DNA from: Paraphysomonas bandaiensis
Lineage: Eukaryota; Protista; Chrysophyceae
Direction: 5' to 3'
Length of the DNA stretch: 64,000 nt
Assembly: GCA_965644295.1 (NCBI GenBank)
Contig: CBFFRP010000217.1
Location: forward strand, 1 to 64,000
Part shown: piece after piece, positions 62,001 through 64,000 of the stretch
Position numbering within the stretch: the first letter of the stretch is position 1
How the letters are laid out: each line of letters starts with the position of its first letter
Made by a program: the position numbers and the translations under genes
Notes under the pieces: model-generated
The model's database searches: none
Seen by the model: the letters and a program-made list of their open reading frames with translations, nothing else
What the model was told of the DNA's origin: nothing

Positions 62001-64000
62001 ACGTTGGGACTACGTCGATAGTTACTGTAACCGTATATGATTCTCATCGTTCAGACGAGGCAACCGTATCGATCACTATCACTTCGGCGTCATCTCCTGT
62101 TGTGAATATCTTATCAACAAAGCAGCAGTTGTTATCATATAAAAAGCTGTCATTACTGGGATCAGTAGAACTTACTTCAACTGCGGCCGTTTCTTGGTCT
62201 GTGAATGATAGAAATATAAATTTAACTACGTCTGCGACAACTTCCCCATCAAAGACATTCTCTGCCGGTGTTCATACTTTCAATCTTGTATTGATGCCTA
62301 ATACGGTTGAATCCAGCTTAACATTGACGTTCACATTGACTAGTGGAAGTAGTTCAGCCTCAGTGGATGTTAGTTTCATGTCTCCACCTTACGGAGGAAA
62401 TGTATCGGTTACTCCGGCCACCGGACAGGAACTGAAAGATTATTTTAAATTCTCAGTATCTAAATGGAGCGTATTTGATCAGTATTTGGAGCTACCACTG
62501 ACTTATTCATACGGTTACCTTGCTCCAGATGAACAGTCAACTTTGATCGTTCAACCACGGTCGCAACTTACTTTCGTGTCATCAATGCTCCCAAAAGGTC
62601 GTTCTAAGCGCAATTTTGTGATTGAATGTCAATTTAGAATATATAATGTTCTTGATGCAATGACGTCCTCGTCATTTGGAGTCAAAGTTTTCACCTCCAC
62701 ATATACGTCATCCGAGTATGCATCACTGATTGTGACCCAGCTATCTGAAGCCGCACACGAGACATCTTTTACGCCCTCCCTGCAAATTTTATCATACGGT
62801 ACAACTTCTATAAATAGTGCAAACTGCACTCTTGCTCCGAACTGTATGTCTCTGAATCGATATGAATGCGCAACTGTTCCACACACGTGTGGTGCTTGCA
62901 TGAATGGGTATTTTGGAGATCCTATTGCAGATGATAATTCGTATTGCTACTCTGCGTTGTCATCAGTGACTGATGCTGGAGGCAAGTGCAGCAGGGACGA
63001 CCATTGTGGTTCGTTTCAGACGTGTAGTACCACAACTCGAACGTGTACTCCCATGCAAAAGTTGTGCTCACAAAACTGCTCTGGACATGGGGTATGTGAA
63101 TACGTCTCCGTGTCTACAGGTGCTTGGAAACAAGTGTGTAATAGAGGTGATAGGACTTGTAAAGCTATGTGCCGCTGTGAATCTGGTTATTTTGGTTCTG
63201 TATGTTTCATAACAAGCGACGAAATTTCGTCGAAGAAGCTTGTGAGAGAGACGATGACAGCATCTCTTCTATCTGTCTCAAAGTCGGCAGATCAAACGGA
63301 AGACATGATTCAAACTCTTGTGGCAATGATTACGAATGTTGGGGCTAACCAGGCAGAATTGAGTGCATTGTCGTGCTACCGACTGCTATCTGTAATCAAC
63401 ACAACACTTGCTGATGCCATTAGTCTGGATGTTCCTTACGGCACAGTGATTTCAACACTTGATATAATAAATACTTGTGGAGAAATATTATCAAAAATTG
63501 CCGGCCTTGAAAATGGAATATCTGAGTTTGGTGTGGGTTATGATTATGAAATTGTAGGACGGGTGTTGGATTTGTTTGCTTCTTTGGTCTCACAAGATAT
63601 TATTGCAGGAGAAGATTCAATTAATTCTGTGCGTGATACATTTAGGGTCAGAAACATGGTTATGCATGAGTCAAATGAAAGTCACATCAGCACAGCACAA
63701 TTAGACTACGAGCTTCAAAAGAAATACACTTCCAGTGTTGCTATCTTGTCGCGTACTGAGGTTTCTGACCTAAAGGTGTCTTTAGTAGAGACTGCAGCGC
63801 TGTTATATTCAAACTTTTCATTGCTTGCGAACCCTCTTCGAATTCGTGCGAATTCTCTCCAAACCACATTTTCTGACTTGGAGTATATTTTTACCCTCCG
63901 CAATTTTGTTCCTCAGGTGTATGGCGAAGACCACAGCAATAGCACTTATGACCGTAATTCTAGTATTGTACTGAAAACGTTTTGTAGATATGGTATTCAG
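53069..64000 (+). CDS. Giant polycystin/REJ-like surface protein: signal peptide, ~2340-aa Cys-containing PT-repeat stalk, FN3-like, REJ and EGF-like domains (3' partial)
   Basis: ATG 53069 MSIYPFICFLYLTLFSVLNIVTS-TDIPTGLP. The frame was open wherever checked through to the window end (>=3644 codons), consistent with its absence from the ORF track. Motifs: ISGLEAQTYYYVYC; DLTASTGSSGRSW; VVDASQSYDED; PPYGGNVSVTPATG...LPLTYSY; NCTLAPNC..LNR..C...HTCGAC; NCSGHGVC. Confidence 0.9.
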   Translation, partial: MSIYPFICFLYLTLFSVLNIVTSTDIPTGLPTLQPTSQPSCAPSSNPSGEPSAVPTSSQPTTIPSGQPSALPSGLPTCIPSGQPTSEPTTSMPSSCPTGHPSGEPSRVPSGQPTLIPSAKPSTMPSNHPTYQPTYIPSSTPSSQPSHIPTSLPSNLPSGKPTLQPTCDPSSGPSGKPTWSPSTQPTYVPSGQPTTKPSDLPSGQPTVVPSCTPSRQPSGQPTTDPSSIPTHVPSCLPSEEPTLCPSKEPSSGPSGIPTVQPSIEPSGIPSGHPTRQPTSSPSGIPSNEPSGQPTSQPTSQPTRSPTGLPTGEPSACPSGVPSSEPSGYPTSQPSGEPTFLPSGQPTGEPSSIPTCVPSGMPSGQPSGQPSGQPTSTPSGIPSGQPSGQPTCQPTSQPSSVPSVIPSGQPTGIPSPVPSCVPTSEPTGQPTYQPTGSPTGQPTGEPSSCPSGVPSSQPTCIPSGEPTSLPSGAPSSQPSGQPTGEPSSIPTCVPSGQPSGQPTAMPSGQPSGQPSGQPTSTPSGIPSGQPSGQPTCQPTSQPSSVPSVIPSGQPTGEPSSVPSCVPTSEPTGQPTSQPTGSPTGQPTGEPSSCPSGVPSSQPTCIPSGEPTSLPSGAPSSQPSGQPTGEPSSIPTCVPSGQPSGQPTAMPSGQPSGQPSGQPTSTPSGIPSGQPSGQPTCQPTSQPSSVPSVIPSGQPTGEPSSVPSCVPTSEPTGQPTSQPTGSPTGQPTGEPSSCPSGVPSSQPTCIPSGEPTSIPSGQPSGYPTSQPSGEPTSLPSGAPSSQPSGQPTGEPSSIPTCVPSGQPSGQPTAMPSSQPSGQPSGQPTSTPSGIPSGQPSGQPTCQPTSQPSSVPSVIPSGQPTGEPSSVPSCVPTSEPTGQPTSQPTGSPTGQPTGEPSSCPSGVPSSQPTCIPSGEPTSIPSGQPSGYPTSQPSGEPTSLPSGAPSSQPSGQPTGEPSSIPTCVPSGQPSGQPTAMPSSQPSGQPTGEPSSVPSCVPTSEPTGQPTSQPTGSPTGQPTGEPSSCPSGVPSSQPTCIPSGEPTSIPSGQPSGYPTSQPSGEPTSLPSGAPSSQPSGQPTGEPSSIPTCVPSGQPSGQPTAMPSSQPSGQPSGQPTSTPSGIPSGQPSGQPTCQPTSQPSSAPSVVPSGQPTGEPSSVPSCVPTSEPTGQPTSQPTGSPTGQPTGEPSSCPSGVPSSQPTCIPSGEPTSIPSGQPSGYPTSQPSGEPTSLPSGAPSSQPSGQPTGEPSSIPTCVPSGQPSGQPTAMPSSQPSGQPTGEPSSVPSCVPTSEPTGQPTSQPTGSPTGQPTGEPSSCPSGVPSSQPTCIPSGEPTSIPSGQPSGYPTSQPSGEPTSLPSGAPSSQPSGQPTGEPSSIPTCVPSGMPSGQPTAMPSGQPSGQPSVQPTSTPSGIPSGQPSGQPTCQPTSQPSSAPSVIPSGQPTGEPSSVPSCVPTSEPTGQPTSQPTGSPTGQPTGDPSSCPSGVPSSQPTCIPSGEPTSIPSGQPSGYPTSQPSGEPTSLPSGAPSSQPSGQPTGEPSSIPTCVPSGQPSGQPTAMPSSQPSGQPTGEPSSVPSCVPTSEPTGQPTSQPTGSPTGQPTGEPSSCPSGVPSSQPTCIPSGEPTSIPSGQPSGYPTSQPSGEPTSLPSGAPSSQPSGQPTGEPSSIPTCVPSGQPSGQPTAMPSSQPSGQPTGEPSSVPSCVPTSEPTGQPTSQPTGSPTGQPTGEPSSCPSGVPSSQPTCIPSGEPTSIPSGQPSGYPTSQPSGEPTSLPSGAPSSQPSGQPTGEPSSIPTCVPSGQPSGQPTAMPSGQPSGQPTGEPSSVPSCVPTSEPTGQPTSQPTGSPTGQPTGEPSSCPSGVPSSQPTCIPSGEPTSIPSGQPSGYPTSQPSGEPTSLPSGAPSGQPSGQPTGEPSSIPTCVPSGQPSGQPTAMPSSQPSGQPTGEPSSVPSCVPTSEPTGQPTSQPTGSPTGQPTGEPSSCPSGVPSSQPTCIPSGEPTSIPSGQPSGYPTSQPSGEPSSVPSCVPTSEPSGQPTSQPTGSPTGQPTGEPSSCPSGVPSSQPTCIPSGEPTSIPSGQPSGYPTSQPSGEPTSLPSGQPSGQPTGEPSSIPTCVPSGQPSGQPTAMPSSQPSGYPTSQPSGEPSSFPSGQPSGQPTGQPSSSPSSIPSSMPSGQPTAFPSGQPSGYPTSQPSGEPTSLPSGAPSSQPSGQPTGEPSSIPTCVPSGQPSGPPTAMPSCYPTSQPSVQPTSTPSGIPSGQPSGQPTCQPTSQPSSAPSVIPSGQPTGEPSSVPSCVPTSEPTGQPTSQPTGLPTGQPTGEPSSVPSSFPSNQPTKVPVTSCPTSPGDTNMPTSSHPTSSPTRLPYLISSIDVNSTESSINVAAYLLENSYLYCGLFPEKMPPTSTNNVLYQNYFNISYEQFVTLTISGLEAQTLYYVYCITQSFDGIVTTTYARMIENKVPIRTPCCNRLYVDLKQTTVFFETSTTDALFITWSSLPDRDLNVHFATNYNGAVAVVNPFLPMSLTLTSGTKGTRKSFSLPSLLDPGTYTLNFTLGGANAADFRVVYSSETPVSFTVVSTESGYVPPAPRIHSCRFSNDGTHVEVTFDSKTNEALLTVSFTCSSLFIFPGSDMSTCKWKNSTTVYIYTAAAFHQRVGDVIILKGGIVGARCPSSTDICASWSHTPAANITIDEARSPVTPVVEISAPSYISPCDTFVLDLTASTGSSGRSWDTVDIHITSSTLTTRLNTFFRDIYEVFPPTPVPEGLFRAPAAYSISITLCNFLGRCSTTATHVLTVRTLTASTVTPSLSIVGPRNRRIKRMHELVVEASAYVNLCLGSISTANLAYNWRLSQDGIDLDDVVSTSQRPTVFRIQPNNLDVLSVYVVHVSVTYSQSGLSAESSVNVYVDQSSIVAVLVGGSIRKVPHGKLIVVDASQSYDEDISSLKGAQAGLKFLWECSLTAPLLPSFCGLTVASSLTAETLLLRAQESKYVGTTSIVTVTVYDSHRSDEATVSITITSASSPVVNILSTKQQLLSYKKLSLLGSVELTSTAAVSWSVNDRNINLTTSATTSPSKTFSAGVHTFNLVLMPNTVESSLTLTFTLTSGSSSASVDVSFMSPPYGGNVSVTPATGQELKDYFKFSVSKWSVFDQYLELPLTYSYGYLAPDEQSTLIVQPRSQLTFVSSMLPKGRSKRNFVIECQFRIYNVLDAMTSSSFGVKVFTSTYTSSEYASLIVTQLSEAAHETSFTPSLQILSYGTTSINSANCTLAPNCMSLNRYECATVPHTCGACMNGYFGDPIADDNSYCYSALSSVTDAGGKCSRDDHCGSFQTCSTTTRTCTPMQKLCSQNCSGHGVCEYVSVSTGAWKQVCNRGDRTCKAMCRCESGYFGSVCFITSDEISSKKLVRETMTASLLSVSKSADQTEDMIQTLVAMITNVGANQAELSALSCYRLLSVINTTLADAISLDVPYGTVISTLDIINTCGEILSKIAGLENGISEFGVGYDYEIVGRVLDLFASLVSQDIIAGEDSINSVRDTFRVRNMVMHESNESHISTAQLDYELQKKYTSSVAILSRTEVSDLKVSLVETAALLYSNFSLLANPLRIRANSLQTTFSDLEYIFTLRNFVPQVYGEDHSNSTYDRNSSIVLKTFCRYGIQ

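Overview
Eukaryotic nuclear DNA with short (~36-60 nt) GT-AG introns and TTAGGG-type motifs. The gene content (PT-repeat/REJ surface proteins, Crypton-like relic) suggests a stramenopile protist; this is inference only. About 13 protein genes lie almost entirely as head-to-head pairs: a C2-like/tandem-Tudor gene with 17 near-identical 597-bp repeats and a frameshift in copy 5; two giant signal-peptide + PSGQPT-repeat surface proteins, the second a REJ/EGF protein running off the window and absent from the ORF track; a CBS-domain protein; an N-acylated acidic protein; a mercaptopyruvate sulfurtransferase; two 2OG-Fe(II) oxygenases; EIF1AD; a multi-BRCT protein; RBM22; an inverted pair of small membrane-protein paralogues; and a WD40 protein. 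There are also two identical tRNA-Trp(CCA) genes. The most unexplained signal is in the gene-free 14.9-18.4 kb interval. It holds three co-oriented, diverged copies of a ~165-205-nt element with conserved ends, compensatory base changes and a possible pseudoknot. Two copies are flanked by 12-14-bp near-perfect direct repeats, and faint reverse-transcriptase-like relics flank copy 3. All family assignments come from motif recognition by eye, with no database searches.
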